A stretch of DNA of 64,000 bases from Octopus vulgaris (GCA_951406725.2 OX597819.1:111538001-111602000), one strand, 5' to 3'. Shown: positions 29,191-43,815, numbered from the stretch's first letter. Notes: generated by a model not told the origin, from the sequence alone. Numbers and translations: made by a program.

Positions 29191-29364
29191 TGATGTTGTC
29201 ATCATCGTTATGTCGTCATCATCATCGTTTTCCTCATCTTCGACATTGGCATCATCATCATCATTATCATCATCATCACTGTCATTGTAGTCATTGTCGT
29301 AGTCGTCGTCATCATCATCATCATCATCATCGTTTTCCTCATCTTCGACATTGGTATCATCATC

Positions 29365-29416
<52 letters not shown>

Positions 29417-29465
29417 ACATCATCGTCGTCGTCGTCGTCATCATCATCATCATCATCGTCGTCGC
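29125..29465. repeat. (CAT)n tract with a 3x repeated catcgttttcctcat.ttcgacattgg unit
   Basis: Units at about 29131, 29223 and 29328. Confidence 0.85.
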
Positions 29466-29605
29466 CTCCTATAAAATATCATGTTCTGTCCATACGTAGA
29501 CAGAACTTCTCTCACCATTGGATTTTATTCACATAATCTTTCCAAATCACAAACATTTTACAAGTATTCATCAAGTTCCATAGCTCCATTTTCATTCATT
29601 TAAAT

Positions 29606-30056
29606 CAGTGGCTCTCAAAAGGGGGTCCAGCTAAGATTTTGTTGTTAAAATTTATCTGCAATAAATGCTTCTTACATTAAACAAAATATAAATTTTTTTT
29701 TTTTTAATACAATTTCGTTTTCGTATCCACTTTGCAAGATTCTTTATGTTGAAAGAAATATTGGCGTAATGACACTCCCTAGACACAACAAAATTTTACG
29801 CAATTGCTAGTATTTAACTATAAAAATTGTTGTGTGGACGCCCCCAGACGATGAAGTAGACTAGCCCAATATAGTGGGAGAAGCCTAGACGTCAGAGTTC
29901 AGACTAGAGTAGAGAAAAGTTGAGTAGGAGGCATCCGAACGTGCGACAAAACAAAAATATAATTTGAATTTTTAAACATAGAATTGCTAGGAGGATCCAT
30001 CCGAATAAGATAAGAATCATAGGGCTCCATAGGCAAAGTATGGTTGTGTAGCACTG
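29606..30056. mobile_element. hAT (Charlie-like) MITE
   Basis: Ends CAGTGGCTCTCAA ... TTGTGTAGCACTG; 8-bp TSD atttaaat / ttttaaat. Confidence 0.7.
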
Positions 30057-30249
30057 TTTTAAATCATTCATTCATGAACAACAGTATCGTTGGTTTCAAT
30101 ATCCTAACAGATCTGTCATTGATTCAATGCTTGTTACTGACGAGAGTAACAAGAGATGCGTGTATGGACTTAATCTTTGAAATAACCTGTTAAGCTAGCG
30201 ATTGAGATGGCTACGGACATAGGTTCTGAATGTTTATTCTCAAATTATG

Positions 30250-30359
<110 letters not shown>

Positions 30360-30564
30360 ATGTGTGTGTATACATTCCACTCTTCGTAGATCTGAATGCT
30401 ATTGGAATTGTTGATTACCAGACAAAAGGGAATATACTTAATCAATACCTTTCGTGCTTGGGCAAAGGATAACTGCCGTTTGCTCTGCGTAATTCTGTCA
30501 GGCTTCACTTCGATATGCTTTGATTCTCCATGGATCCGTTGATATCTGAATAACGTATTCCTTT

Positions 30565-30801
30565 GCTCTTTTACTCTTTTACTTGTTTCAGTCAGTTGAT
30601 TGCGGCTATGCTGAAGCACCGACTTTTCTAGTCGAACAAATCGACCCCAGGACTTATTCTTTGTAAGCTTAGTACTTATTCTATTGGTTTTTTTGGCCGA
30701 ACTGCTATATTACGGGAATGTAAACACACCAACAACTGTTGTTAAGCGATGGTGGGAGACAAACACACACAAACATACATACATATAATATGTATATTTA
30801 T

Positions 30802-30873
<72 letters not shown>

Positions 30874-31030
30874 GACAGGCTTCTTTCAGTTTCCGTCTAC
30901 CAAATACGCTCACAAGGTTTCGGTAAGTCCGAAGCTATAGTAGGAGACACTTGTCCAAGTTGCTAGGCAGTGGGACTGAACCCGGAACCATGTGGTTGGG
31001 AAGCAAGCTTCTGACCACATAATCACGCCT
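30565..31030 (-). mobile_element. SINE family C
   Basis: Match to 8925-9360. Confidence 0.9.
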
Positions 31031-31482
31031 GTATATATATTTGTGTGTGTGTGTGTGTAGGTGAAGTGCAGAACTCCGCTGTCCAAGGGGGGTACTTAGT
31101 ACCAGCCGTAGGTACCGGATTTGCCCCTTTACTCTCCACTCCTCTCCCGTCAAAAACAATTCATCTTTCTACCTTCTCACACTCTTCTATCGCACCCTCC
31201 ACATTTCTTTTACTCTCCTTTTTCGCCTCACATTTGCACCTGCTCGCAGTTCCTCATATCTACGCTCTCCTTAAACACACTGCACGACGGCAGACACACA
31301 CACCAACACCTCACACCTCCACCTAGCTACTCCACTACACCTTCTTCCTTGCATACTCCTACTCTTGCACACACCCGATCCCTCCCTCCCCCATCTCAGA
31401 TCCACATTCTCACCTGATTTCTGACCACTTTATCTCTCCCACCGTCTTTTCATCTTTCCTATTCCATCTACGATTTTCTCTT

Positions 31483-31518
31483 TCTTCTGATGAAGGACTG
31501 ACGTCTGAAACATTAAGA
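31483..31518 (+). ncRNA. Penelope-type hammerhead-like motif, short variant
   Basis: TCTT-CTGATGA-AGGACTGACGTCT-GAAA-CATT-AAGA after a C/T-rich tract; helix III essentially absent. Confidence 0.45.
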
Positions 31519-32149
31519 CGTCTTTTCTTTCAAACGTCTTTTCTTTCAAACGTCTTTTCTTTCAAGTTATTACGGTGTTTATTAAGCCTAGTACAGGTGT
31601 AAATATACTGAACGTTTTAAGGCGCCGTCTTTCATATTCTGATGCTAACATATTCTGTATTCTGATACGTTGGGACGTGTATATATTGCAGAGCAATTTG
31701 GTTGTCATGAAAACGTTTTGCCTAGCGTTTAGAATTAAAAATAGAAGAGGAAGAAATAGTCATTGACTGTCCTTTTTGAAGCCTCTTCTCTTGTGTTAGG
31801 TCGACGACTGTTGGAATTAAAGGCGGTCAAAGAGGGAAATTTTTAGAGGTTGATAAATTTATGGGAGCGAAGGACGTGACGAAGATCTTAATTTGACAGT
31901 AGTGATCAAGTGGAAAACTTTAGACATATCGAAAAGAAAATACGTAACTAAATTGTGTTTAACATAAAATTTGACTTGATTAGGCAGACCTATGATGAGA
32001 GAGCATTCAGTCATAGTATAGGATCATATTTTTCGATTTTTGTTGTTGGCATGATCATTTCCCCCAAATATCTGATCTAGTGGAACTATAATCAATATTA
32101 TGGTATCAGTGATGTTCATCTATTCTTTTGTTATTCATTCGTAGTGCAT

Positions 32150-32850
32150 TTAGGATCATTAACTAATTAGTTGAAGATCAGCTTGAAATTCTGGATGTAG
32201 ACGTAGGCAGCTATCTATTATGGACAGAAAATATCTCCGCTGTATATAACAGAACAATACAGAAATTTGAATTGCTATGAATTCTTGTGGCCAAATTAAA
32301 CAAGGAAGAATCAATCTTCTTTTACAAAGCACAAATCTGAAGCATTCTAGATTAGGTCTGTTTATACTGGATAAATGCTTCATAAAACATTACCTCCACT
32401 CAGAGCTGTCGAAAAGGAAGCTCTTAAATCATTACAATTGACAAGGCTGATACTGAGAGAGTGTGAGAATACAACAAAAGCAAAATACGGTATCAACAAA
32501 GACAATCTGTTGTAGCAACAATTTTGCCATCCTTCAAACTTATTTGGTTGGATCTTAACCGGATTTTCAAGGTGTTTAAGCTTACAAGTTGATGACTTCC
32601 TTCCGACACGTAAACGTATTATAATTCTGTAGCTAGGTTTCTCTGAAGATGCCACTGGTACATATTCTCAGGTGAGATTACTGAAACAATAATAAATGTA
32701 TTATACAAGGATTCAACTCATATCTCGTTTCAAAAATCGAATCACTGCTCAAACAATCGTGAGCCGAAGTCTCTTTAGGCTAGGCAATGCATCTTCCTTG
32801 CAGCAAAATTGCTCCAGCTAGGCCGAAGTTTAAACACAAAAACAAGTAGA
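32150..32850 (+). mobile_element. Degenerate CR1/L2-group LINE RT C-terminus
   Basis: QLEILDVDVGSYLLWTENISAV...VAKLNKEESIFFYKAQI*SILD*VCLYWINAS. Confidence 0.55.
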
Positions 32851-33251
32851 AGACTGAACGTAAAGCAGATCGGTGGAGTTCAAGCCCTGGTAGATAAGGA
32901 ACGTACAAAGAAAACCAAGGGTAGTGATTCCTCGGCACTCAAACAGATTCTGCCAACGTATGATCTTTATTTCATCTAATTAATAACAAGGTAGGAATAC
33001 ATACAGCAACAAACAGCCTTCACCATAAATCAACATATTTAGTCTTCTACAACACTGATGCGTATATGAGTGCTTGTAGCGAATCAAGTGTGTTTAATGC
33101 TAAGTCTGTATGAGCGTCGACATGTGTGAGTGTGCGTGGATGTGTATATGCACGCATGCGTACGTATGCGTGTACACAACATTATATATATATCTGGATG
33201 AAATTCTGGTAGCAGAATTTAATACACACACACATATATACATATATATAA

Positions 33252-33351
<100 letters not shown>

Positions 33352-34031
33352 ATATATATATTCACACATACACACACTGAAACACTACATATATATCTAT
33401 ATACATATGCACACAGACGTATAGTGATTGGCATTCTTTACAGAAGAAGGCCATCTCTTCCATCATATATATATATATATATATATAGTGCCTTTTTTGT
33501 GTGTATATACCAGTATGTTCAGTATACGTACATGAGTGATGTGCTAATGTGATGGGTATGTATATATATGGATGTATGCGTGCGTATGTGTATATGTTTG
33601 TCTGTGTATGTTGTTTGAATTCGTGTATGTAAGTGCCTGAGTGTATGTATCTGTATGTGTCTGGCTCTGTGTTTGTGCGTTAGTTTGTCTTCTGTTAATG
33701 CCTCTATCTAACTGTGTGTTGAAAGTTATAAAGCCGATTTAACCGGAAGCTGGAATAGAAATATATCCGGTTTGTCTATAAACATGTCTATTGTTACTTT
33801 TTTTTCGTTCTTTTTGTCCTTTTTTGATATGTTTTTAAATATATTGCTGTTTTGTTCCTTGTCATTTTGCAGTTGTTTTTGTTGTTGTTGCAGCTGGATC
33901 TGTTGTGTTTTCAGTATAATAAACAAAAGCGCAAATATATATATACACACACATATACATATAGACACGTATGTACGTACGTATATCTGTATATGTGTAG
34001 GTATATATGTAGGTGTATACTTACTTAGAGG

Positions 34032-34129
<98 letters not shown>

Positions 34130-34497
34130 GTTTATATATGTGTGTGTGTGTCTGAATGTATGTATGTATGCATAGATATACATAAACTTATACATATAGA
34201 CACATATATATACATATATATGACAAACATGTGTGTGTATATATACAATATATATATATGCCTATGTATGCATATATAAGTGCATATATATATATACGTA
34301 TATATATATATATATATATATATGTAAGAATATATATATACATATATATATATATTTATATATATACATATATACACATATATATATATACATATACATA
34401 TATACATATACATATATATATATATATATATACATATATATATACATATACATATACATATATATACATATATACATATACATATACATATATATAC

Positions 34498-34528
<31 letters not shown>

Positions 34529-34646
34529 CATATATACATATATATATACATACAGAGACAGACATGGACAGCCGCATATACAGCATAACATTAGCCTAGT
34601 TGTCTGATTTATTCTTTATGTAAACTTTCCGTGTAATTTCTCTTAG

Positions 34647-35070
34647 GTTTTTCATGGCATTTAGCCACTTAATACCGCCAGAACATCGCTTGTGTGTAGA
34701 CACCACCAACAGTGTATATATAACATTTTATAACAGAGACCATCTCTATTGTTCTCTCCCAACACCGACACCTATACCAGCAGCAATACCAACATCAACG
34801 GTGGTGGCAGCAGCTGTGCCGTCGCGCCTACCGACATCGGTGTCAACACCAACCCCGGCACCATTATCGCATCTAGTGTCTATACCACACCATGCCGCAC
34901 TACCGCCGCTCCAAACCATTTTGATATCAGCACTACAACTAACATCAACAGAATCGCCAAATGTACCAACAACGGCAACAACATCAACACCACCGCCGTC
35001 AACAACAACCTCGGTAGTAACACCAACAACGGGATTGCAAAACCTCAAACAGCGTATTTTTGTAGTGGCA
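34647..35070 (+). other. Possible Pro/Thr/Ser- or Asn-rich exon (unverified)
   Basis: Acceptor-like tttctcttag at 34637-34646; two plus frames open for over 300 nt of non-tandem sequence; no recognisable domain. Confidence 0.2.
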
Positions 35071-35144
35071 TGTATATATATATGTACGTGTGTATATGTG
35101 TGCGTCTGTGTGTATACTCACGGATACAGACGCACACGGACACA

Positions 35145-35177
<33 letters not shown>

Positions 35178-35287
35178 GTATACGCACACATACATGTATA
35201 CACACACACATATATTCAAACACTCACACACACTCATACAGAACCACATGTACCTCTCTCTTTATCTCTCTTTCTCCCTATATACAT

Positions 35288-35335
<48 letters not shown>

Positions 35336-35389
35336 CATATATGTATGTATAGACTCACATATATATACATACATATACACATATACGTG

Positions 35390-35435
<46 letters not shown>

Positions 35436-35453
35436 CATATACACATATATGCG

Positions 35454-35485
<32 letters not shown>

Positions 35486-35994
35486 CATGTCTATACTATA
35501 TGTGTATATGTATATGCTTACATATATGCGGTGTACAATTGTATATCTAACTATGTGTGTGTATGTGTGTATGTGTGTATGTGTGTGTGTGAGTGTGTGT
35601 GCGTGCGTGTGTGTGTGAGAGTGTGTGCGCGTGTGTGTGTACATGTATGTATTTATATATGTATGCACACAGAAATGGCCTCTTGCTACTAATATTAAAC
35701 ACCAGAAGACAACGCTCCTCTTCATTTTTTTCACTATTTATATAAATACATGTAAACATACCGTGGTATGAAGCACAACGTTTGTGTAGGCTCGCGTATG
35801 TGTGTACGTGTACGCGTGTGTGTATGTGTATGTGTGTGTGTGTGTGTGGTGACGGCGAGGCTGATGACGATGGTAGTGGTGGTGGTGGTGGTGGTGGTGA
35901 TGCTGATGATGCTGATGATGATGAAGGTGACGGTGAGGTGGATGATGATGAGAGTGGTGGTGGTGGTGGTGATGGCACTGATGATGATGATGAA

Positions 35995-36033
<39 letters not shown>

Positions 36034-36324
36034 AATGATGATGATGATGATGATGCCGATGATGATGGTGATGATGATGATGATGATGATGAAGGCGGTG
36101 ACGCCGACGCTGATGCTGATGATGCTGATGATGATGATGCCGGTGATGATGATATGTGTGTGTTTGAACATTTCCCAGTAACGCCTTCTGCATAGAGAAG
36201 CTATAGTTAAGCACTGGCTTAACTACTTAAAATAGTGAATTTGTAATTCATGAAAGGAAAAACCAGAAATGGAGAACTGACTGTGAAATTTAAATTGATT
36301 AAGAAAATAGGTGTGCATGAAAGT

Positions 36325-36530
36325 GAACCTTTCGGTTGTTTACTGCCATTGGATTGCGGCCATGCTGGGGTACTGCCTGACGGACAATAGCCGAACAACT
36401 CCACGCTAGGGCTTACTTTTTAAAGTTTGGTGTTATTTTGTTTGTCTTTTGCCGGACCATTGCGTTACACGAACATAAACAGACCAACACCGGTTGTCAA
36501 TGGGGAGGGGAGAGGACCGCCACAAAGATA
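36325..36530 (-). mobile_element. SINE family C 3' fragment
   Basis: gattgcggccatgctgggg...accaacaccggttgtcaa. Confidence 0.65.
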
Positions 36531-37739
36531 AACATAAATATGCACAGTCAGACATGCACACAGACAGACATGCACATACATGCACACACACATTCACGTA
36601 TGTGTGTGTGCGTGTATGTGTGTGTATGTGTCCATGTGTGTATGTATTAGTCGATCTGGCCTGGAATTCTGCTACGTCCATTCACCCTACGCTACTCCAA
36701 TTATTTCGTTTGATAGCTGCAAGGCTCTTTCTGTTGTATTTGTGGTATTTATGCAATTTCTTTTTTTTTTCCGTTGTATATAGGCTTCAAGTTGTTATAT
36801 ATGCATAATTCTGCATTTGTTGCATTTACATATGATCTTGTTTGTTTCTGTCTCAGTATATATACATTCGCTAACTTTTTCCCTTTTTCCCCGGTACCTC
36901 CAAGACTGAGTGGTCTCAATGATAATGGTGCGAAACCACGATGATATTTCGGTTCAATGAATGACGCGAAAAGCTCATCTGCGAATATTCCGTGTATCAT
37001 GCCTTCGTCTATATTCCCCGTCCGTTAAGATTTTGCCTAGTTTCCCGTTTGCTCTGCTTTTGTCTAACTTTTTCTCCGTGTCCTGTCTGTTTAATCATAT
37101 ATATATATATATATATAATTTTCTTACGAAACGCTTAGATAGCGTAGAGGCGCTCAAGTCGAATCTGAGGCGTTAGATAAGCATAGTGGATAGAATGGAA
37201 AAAGTTCAAATCAGGCAGGTTTAGTTAAGAAAAAATATGAACTGTCCGAAATGAAACATATTTTGATATTTTAGAGATATGAAAATATACAGAAATATGA
37301 AAATATATAAATACTAAAAATATACGTGGACATATAGATATGTAGGTATATAAACGGACATTTGGATATTTCTAAAAGTCGCTTTCTGTATGCTGTACAG
37401 CGAGTTAAGGTGTGTGCGATATATACTTACGGTACTAATACAAAACATTTGGGGAATGTTTGTTAAGATTTTATACAACAAAGCAACAGGAACTGCTATT
37501 ACAACAACAACAACAACTACTACTACTACTAATAATAATAATAATAATAATAATTTTAATGATAATAATAATAATACTACTACTACTACTACTACTACTA
37601 CTAATAATAATAATAATAATAATAATAGTAATAATAATAGTAATAATAATAATAACAATAATAGGCATCTAAGATAACTTGATGCAGCCCGATGCTAGGA
37701 TTCTTTTCTTTTCCAACAATCTAATCTGTTGAGTGTATA

Positions 37740-37945
<206 letters not shown>

Positions 37946-37996
37946 ATTGTTTCAAATTTCAGAACAAGACCAGCAGTTTTGAGGGGTTGGAATTAG

Positions 37997-38380
37997 TCTC
38001 TGTTGCCTTCGTCCTTTTCTTTCTAACACCACTTCCTTCACTGGACCCAACAAGCACACTTCCAGTTTGGGAGTTCTTTTCGTTGCTCGTCTAGCAACCT
38101 TACAATATGCGCACCAATTTCTCCTCTGCACCTTTATCTACATCACGGAAACCAGCTAACAACTGACTGGCTGGCAGCTTTCCGGATCCACTTGGTAACG
38201 GGTCACTTGTCTCTCGACATTTCCGTTCTGCCAACCATTCAATATATCACCTCTTGATCTTCGGTGTAGTTATCACCCTGGATCACCTACTACTCTCCCT
38301 CAGAGGGAACAAGAGTATATTTTCTCACGCCAAACGGAATTCTCCGCCTACTCCGTCACTTTAAACCCTTTCTCACTATC
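37997..38380 (+). mobile_element. Penelope-like element, degenerate GIY-YIG endonuclease
   Basis: Across frameshifts: PFLSNTTSFTGPNKH..CSSSNL...YITET...VSRHFRSANHSIYHLLIFG...REQEYIF. Confidence 0.65.
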
Positions 38381-39066
38381 TCGCCTTACTCCTACGCTGC
38401 TCCCATACACCGCACTCAACACCTAAAGTACTACTCACATCTGATTTCATCCCACACCACATTCACAACCATGCACGCGTTCTCGAGACACCAACACCAC
38501 ATACACACACTCCTTCTTTGCTCCATACTCCCTAAACCTTTCTTCATGTAATCTTCGGCATACGTCCCATTTTCTTCACTTATATACTCACACATAGTAG
38601 TACTCATACACCGGTACAAGGAAGCAAACACACGCATGTATACTGACTCAGGTACATCTCGTTGTCAATCCATCTATGCCTGGCAGCTGTATTTCACACC
38701 TTTCATGCCTCCAATTCTTTACCATGCTAACACATGCGCACGTGCCTACACTTTTTCTTCTATTTCTTACCTCCTTTTGCTCTCCATTATTTTCCATATA
38801 CCATACGGCTTTACCTGATTTTTTCCCTCAACTCTTCATGGAGGATTTTACCCGATTCTCTCCCTTGTAAATTTTACTAATTTCTCAGTATTCATGACCA
38901 GTCTTTCCGAAATTTCTTCCTGTTACGCATATTTAGATAGATACATAATACATGCATACATACATACATGGCATACATACACAAATGGCGGTGCCCCAGC
39001 ATGGCCACAGCTCATAAGCTGAAACTAGAATCAATCAATCAATCAATCAATACATGCATACATACA

Positions 39067-39100
<34 letters not shown>

Positions 39101-39109
39101 CATACATGC

Positions 39110-39157
<48 letters not shown>

Positions 39158-39755
39158 CTGTGTGTGTATGTGCTTATGTATATAAGCGTGTATTTATAAA
39201 CATGCTGTAACATACGTAAGTTCATAGCTACATACATATGTAAATGTGATGTATGTGTGTGTATATGTGTATGTTTTTACTTCTGACTTCCGCGAAAGAA
39301 CACTCCTGGATCCAACACAGGCATACACATCTCTCATCTTCCTCTTACCTTTCTACATGCCTTACAAATATACACAGATAAACTCCATTCAGACGGATTA
39401 ATTTAAAATTAGATTGTGAAACTCTCAAAACGTCGGTCCAGCCGATTCAGAAAAAGTTTTTTTTTTACGAACCAGACATTAAGAAATAATAAGGATATCC
39501 AAAAAATCTTTGCCAAAACCAAGTTAAAACATGAGCGTCGTAGTGTATTCTATATGTATAAACATATATAAATATAGATGTATAGATACACCCATGCATC
39601 TGTTCCAATATATATTTCACAGTATCCATAGAAACACAGACACACACACATACACACATATACATCACATTTACATATGTATTAGCTTGGAACTTACATA
39701 CGTTTGAGCATGTATATAAATACACGCTTATATACATAAGCGCATACACACACAG

Positions 39756-39796
<41 letters not shown>

Positions 39797-39804
39797 TAAA
39801 TATA

Positions 39805-39840
<36 letters not shown>

Positions 39841-39878
39841 TGTATGTATGTATGTATGTATGCATGCATGCATGCATG

Positions 39879-39935
<57 letters not shown>

Positions 39936-40214
39936 GTCTATCTATGTGTCTGTCTATCTATATTACTATACATGTGTGTGCACATACATACATACATACA
40001 TTCATACATACATACATACATACATACATACATACATACATACATACATACATACATACATACATACATACATACATGTAAACAGATATAAGACATGACA
40101 TTATGGCGCAATCTAAAATATAGTGACATATACACCTAAATCGTTACCACGAGTAACTATAAGTAGATATAATGCTTTTTTTTTAGGTTTCTTTAGCATT
40201 TTGCCATCTGTGTG

Positions 40215-40246
<32 letters not shown>

Positions 40247-40464
40247 TGTATGTATGTATGTATGTATGTGTTAGTGTGTGTTGTGTATATGTATGTGTGC
40301 ATGTGTGCAAATGCACACACACATATGCATATTCATACGTTTGTGCGAGCTTCGTGTGTGTGAATATGCATGTGCGTGACGTGAATTTTAAATGACATAC
40401 ATATATGTATTTACGCGTGTAAAATGTATATATATATATTATATATACATGTCTATATATATAC

Positions 40465-40534
<70 letters not shown>

Positions 40535-41397
40535 TTATATACAAATACATATATATATATATATATATGTATATGCATGTATGCATGTATGTATATATAT
40601 ATATATATATATGTGTGTGTTTGTGTGTGTGTATGTATGCGGTTATGTATTTCTATACTATATAAGCATGTATTTATATACATTCATATACATATATACA
40701 TACGTACATATATATATACAAACATACACACACACACATACACACACACATATATATATATATAAGTAGATGTGTGTGTGTATGAATGAGAGTGTGCGTG
40801 AATGTGTGTCTGTGTGTGTGCGTCTGTGTGTGTGTTTGTGTGTGTGTACACACAGCGACAATCGGAAGTGGAGAAACGTCTCACGTGACTTCGCCTCTGT
40901 CTGAAAGTTGTCTTACTTGTCGACATTGTTTACACAACTAAATGTCACAAGATTAAAGTGAATTAGGATGTTATTGGCCGGATAACTTACACAGTGTTAG
41001 ATAGAGAGAAACAGTCTAATAGCTAGAGACAGAGATCGCAACAGGATGATACAGAGTGAGAACTACATAATGTTTGTGTGTAAGGGGAGGCGAACAGAGA
41101 AAAGTCGGTGAGGCAGGGAATGGATGGGAGAAGCAAAGAGAAGAAAACACACGACTGAAGTGGGACTCGAAAGCGCAGCCTATGAATCTACAGGGTTAAA
41201 TTGCTAGCTCTTGTGCATATGGCATTAGGGTTCAGCCTTGTGAAATTTTATATCTTTCAACTTTGTAGATATTTCACAGACACATGCACACGTAACACAC
41301 ACTCACCCCCCCCCCCCACAATATATATATATATATATGTATGTATGTATGTATATATATATAATTTCACACTATCACTATTTAGTTTCACTTTCTT

Positions 41398-41477
<80 letters not shown>

Positions 41478-41533
41478 GTATAAATATATATTGAAGTAAA
41501 GAAGTGAAACTAAGTAGTGATAGTGTGAAATAA

Positions 41534-41608
41534 TTTAATACGTACGTTTCAGATTTGCGTAATGTATAATAGGAAATGAATCCATTATGTAAAACTTCCT
41601 CAGTTAAG
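41534..41608 (-). ncRNA. Minimal hammerhead ribozyme, intact core
   Basis: Minus strand: TTAA-CTGAGGA-AGTTTT...AAATCT-GAAA-C GTAC G-TA^TTAA. Confidence 0.65.
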
Positions 41609-41630
41609 GTATTTCAAAATACTGAAATGC

Positions 41631-41707
41631 TTTGACTGAGGAAGGCCATATGCAGTGGATGCATTCCCTATTATACATGACGCTAAACTTGAAACGTACG
41701 TATTAAA
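41631..41707 (+). ncRNA. Minimal hammerhead ribozyme, intact core, weak helix II
   Basis: TTTGA-CTGAGGA(41636-42)-AGG...CTT-GAAA(41691-94)-C GTAC G-TA^TTAAA. Confidence 0.6.
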
Positions 41708-41915
41708 TTATTTCAAAATATTACTATTTGGTGTCACTTTTTAATTATGACTTGTATGACTCGATGCCAATGCAAACTAACCGGACGAGGCTCCAATCAT
41801 GCGGATAATTTAACAACAATTTGACTCGTGTTTGAAATTCTTAAACCATGCATCTATTCGTACGGTAACAAGTGATATATATATATATATATACATATAT
41901 GTATGTATATAAAGT

Positions 41916-42240
41916 AGGCACGTGGCTTAGTGGTAATGAGACTTCGACTCACGATTGTAAGGCTGTGAGTTCGATCACTAGCGAAGTGTTATGCCCTTGA
42001 GCAATATGGCTTGTTTCATATTGCTCAAGTCCACTCAGCTGGTTGAAATGAGTAGTTCCTGTATCTCAAATGACTAGCCTTGTCATATTCTGAGTTTCAC
42101 TGAATCTCCCTTGCTCTACTTACATAAAGGGTACTCGTGTCCGTGGAGTACTCAGCCATTTTCACGTTAATTTTATAAGCAAGCTGTTACGCTGATCGGA
42201 TCAACTGCAACCCTCGTCGTCGTAACTAACGAAGTGCCAG
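41916..42240 (+). mobile_element. SINE family D
   Basis: Reverse-complement match to 11037-11358. Confidence 0.85.
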
Positions 42241-42241
42241 A

Positions 42242-42299
<58 letters not shown>

Positions 42300-42336
42300 T
42301 CGAAACAGAAAACATAATTATTATATATACACACTG

Positions 42337-42755
42337 TAAGGCAGCGAGCTGGCAAAATCGTTAGCATGCCGGAAAACATGCTTAGCGGCTTCTCGTCCGT
42401 ATTTACGTTTTCAGTTCAAATTCTGCTGAGTGCAAATTCTTTTGCTTTTCATCCTTTCGGGGTCGATAAAGTAAGTACCAGTCAAGTACTGGGGTCAATG
42501 AAATTTACTACCCGCTCCCCACAAAATTAATTTCAGACCTTGTGCCTTGTGCAGCAGCGATTAGATACAAACAGCGTTAGGTGGTGACCGTACATTTCGT
42601 TTATTTGTACGATCTGAGTTCAAATACTGCCGAGGTCGACATCTCCTTTTATTACTTCTGGGTCGATGAAATAAGTACCAGTTGAGCATTGGGATCGATG
42701 TAATCGCCTAGTCCCTTTCCACAAAATTCTAAACCTTGTGCCTATAACAGAAAAG
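42337..42755 (+). mobile_element. Two tandem SINE family B copies (tail 2)
   Basis: Central domain at about 42445 and 42635. Confidence 0.85.
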
Positions 42756-42756
42756 G

Positions 42757-42839
<83 letters not shown>

Positions 42840-42841
<2 letters not shown>

Positions 42842-43332
42842 TTTACATCACCAGTCTGGGACCCCTACCTTGCTCAGCATATAAATCTCCTAGAAACTGT
42901 TCAGAAACGAATACCCGCCGTCAGACATCTACCATACTCTGAACGTCTTCCTACTCTGGGCATGGATACATTGAAGCTCAGACGTCTGCCAACTGATTTG
43001 GTAGACACCCTCAGGATTATCCACCAGCTTTCCAACAACAACCTTGGGCACCTTTTTTGAATTCCATATGAGAAACATACGCGGACATGCTTATAAAATC
43101 AAAAAACAACATAGCACTCATGACTTTCAGCAACGTTTTTCACGCTCGGATGTGCAAAAGCATGGAATAAACTACCCGCATCAGTTGTTAGCTGTCGAGA
43201 CTCTACATCCTTCAAAACATTCATGTTTCCTGAAATCCGCTAACAGTACACCTGATGACCTTTTTGCTTTCTTTCTTTTTTTTTTAGTTGTAGTGCACCT
43301 GAGCACTGTATACAACAATTTCCTTCATTATT
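42840..43332 (+). mobile_element. CR1-clade LINE 3' end
   Basis: SPVWDPYLAQHINLLETVQKR...YSERL..LGMDTLKLRRL.TDL; RGHAYKI; WNKLPASVV. Confidence 0.9.
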
Positions 43333-43382
43333 AGCTTATACATAGACTGATTCGTTATACAGAGTGGATGAATAAATATTTC

Positions 43383-43815
43383 CGTTCTGAGTTCAATTTT
43401 GAGTTCAAGTCACGCCGATATCAACTTTATTTTTCGTCCCTTCGGAATCGATAACATAAGGTATCATCAAGTACAGGGGTTGATGTATTCAATTAGTCAC
43501 CACATATAAAATTTCAGGCCTTTTTCCAGTAGTAAGAAAGGATAATCATCGGGCGGCAAGTTGGCAGAATCGTTAGAGCGTCGAACAAAATCATAACGGA
43601 ATTTCTACCGATTCATTTATGGACTGTGTTCAAATTCTACTAAGATCAATCTCAGCTTTCATCTTTCTGGGAACGATAGAATAATATACGTGTCAACTTT
43701 GACTCTCATCCTTTCAGGATCGATAAGATAAATAACATTTGTGCCCTTGGGTTGATGTAATCGACTTAGGCCCTCCCCTGAAATTGTTGGCCTTGCGCCA
43801 AAATTTGAAACCATT
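43383..43815 (+). mobile_element. Two or three tandem diverged SINE family B copies
   Basis: Repeated tttcatcctttc.g..tcgataa motif; head at 43550. Confidence 0.7.

Larger units (their letters stand above)
41364..41745. repeat. Nested inverted repeats (Penelope inverted-pLTR-like)
   Basis: 41364-41398 is inverted relative to 41497-41530 across (TA)n; 41525-41616 is inverted relative to 41623-41715. Confidence 0.85.

Noticed and set aside
28860-29200. Minus-strand exon ending at a strong donor (ATG|GTAAGT near 28890)
   Set aside because: All frames hit stops within about 300 nt upstream and there is no clear acceptor
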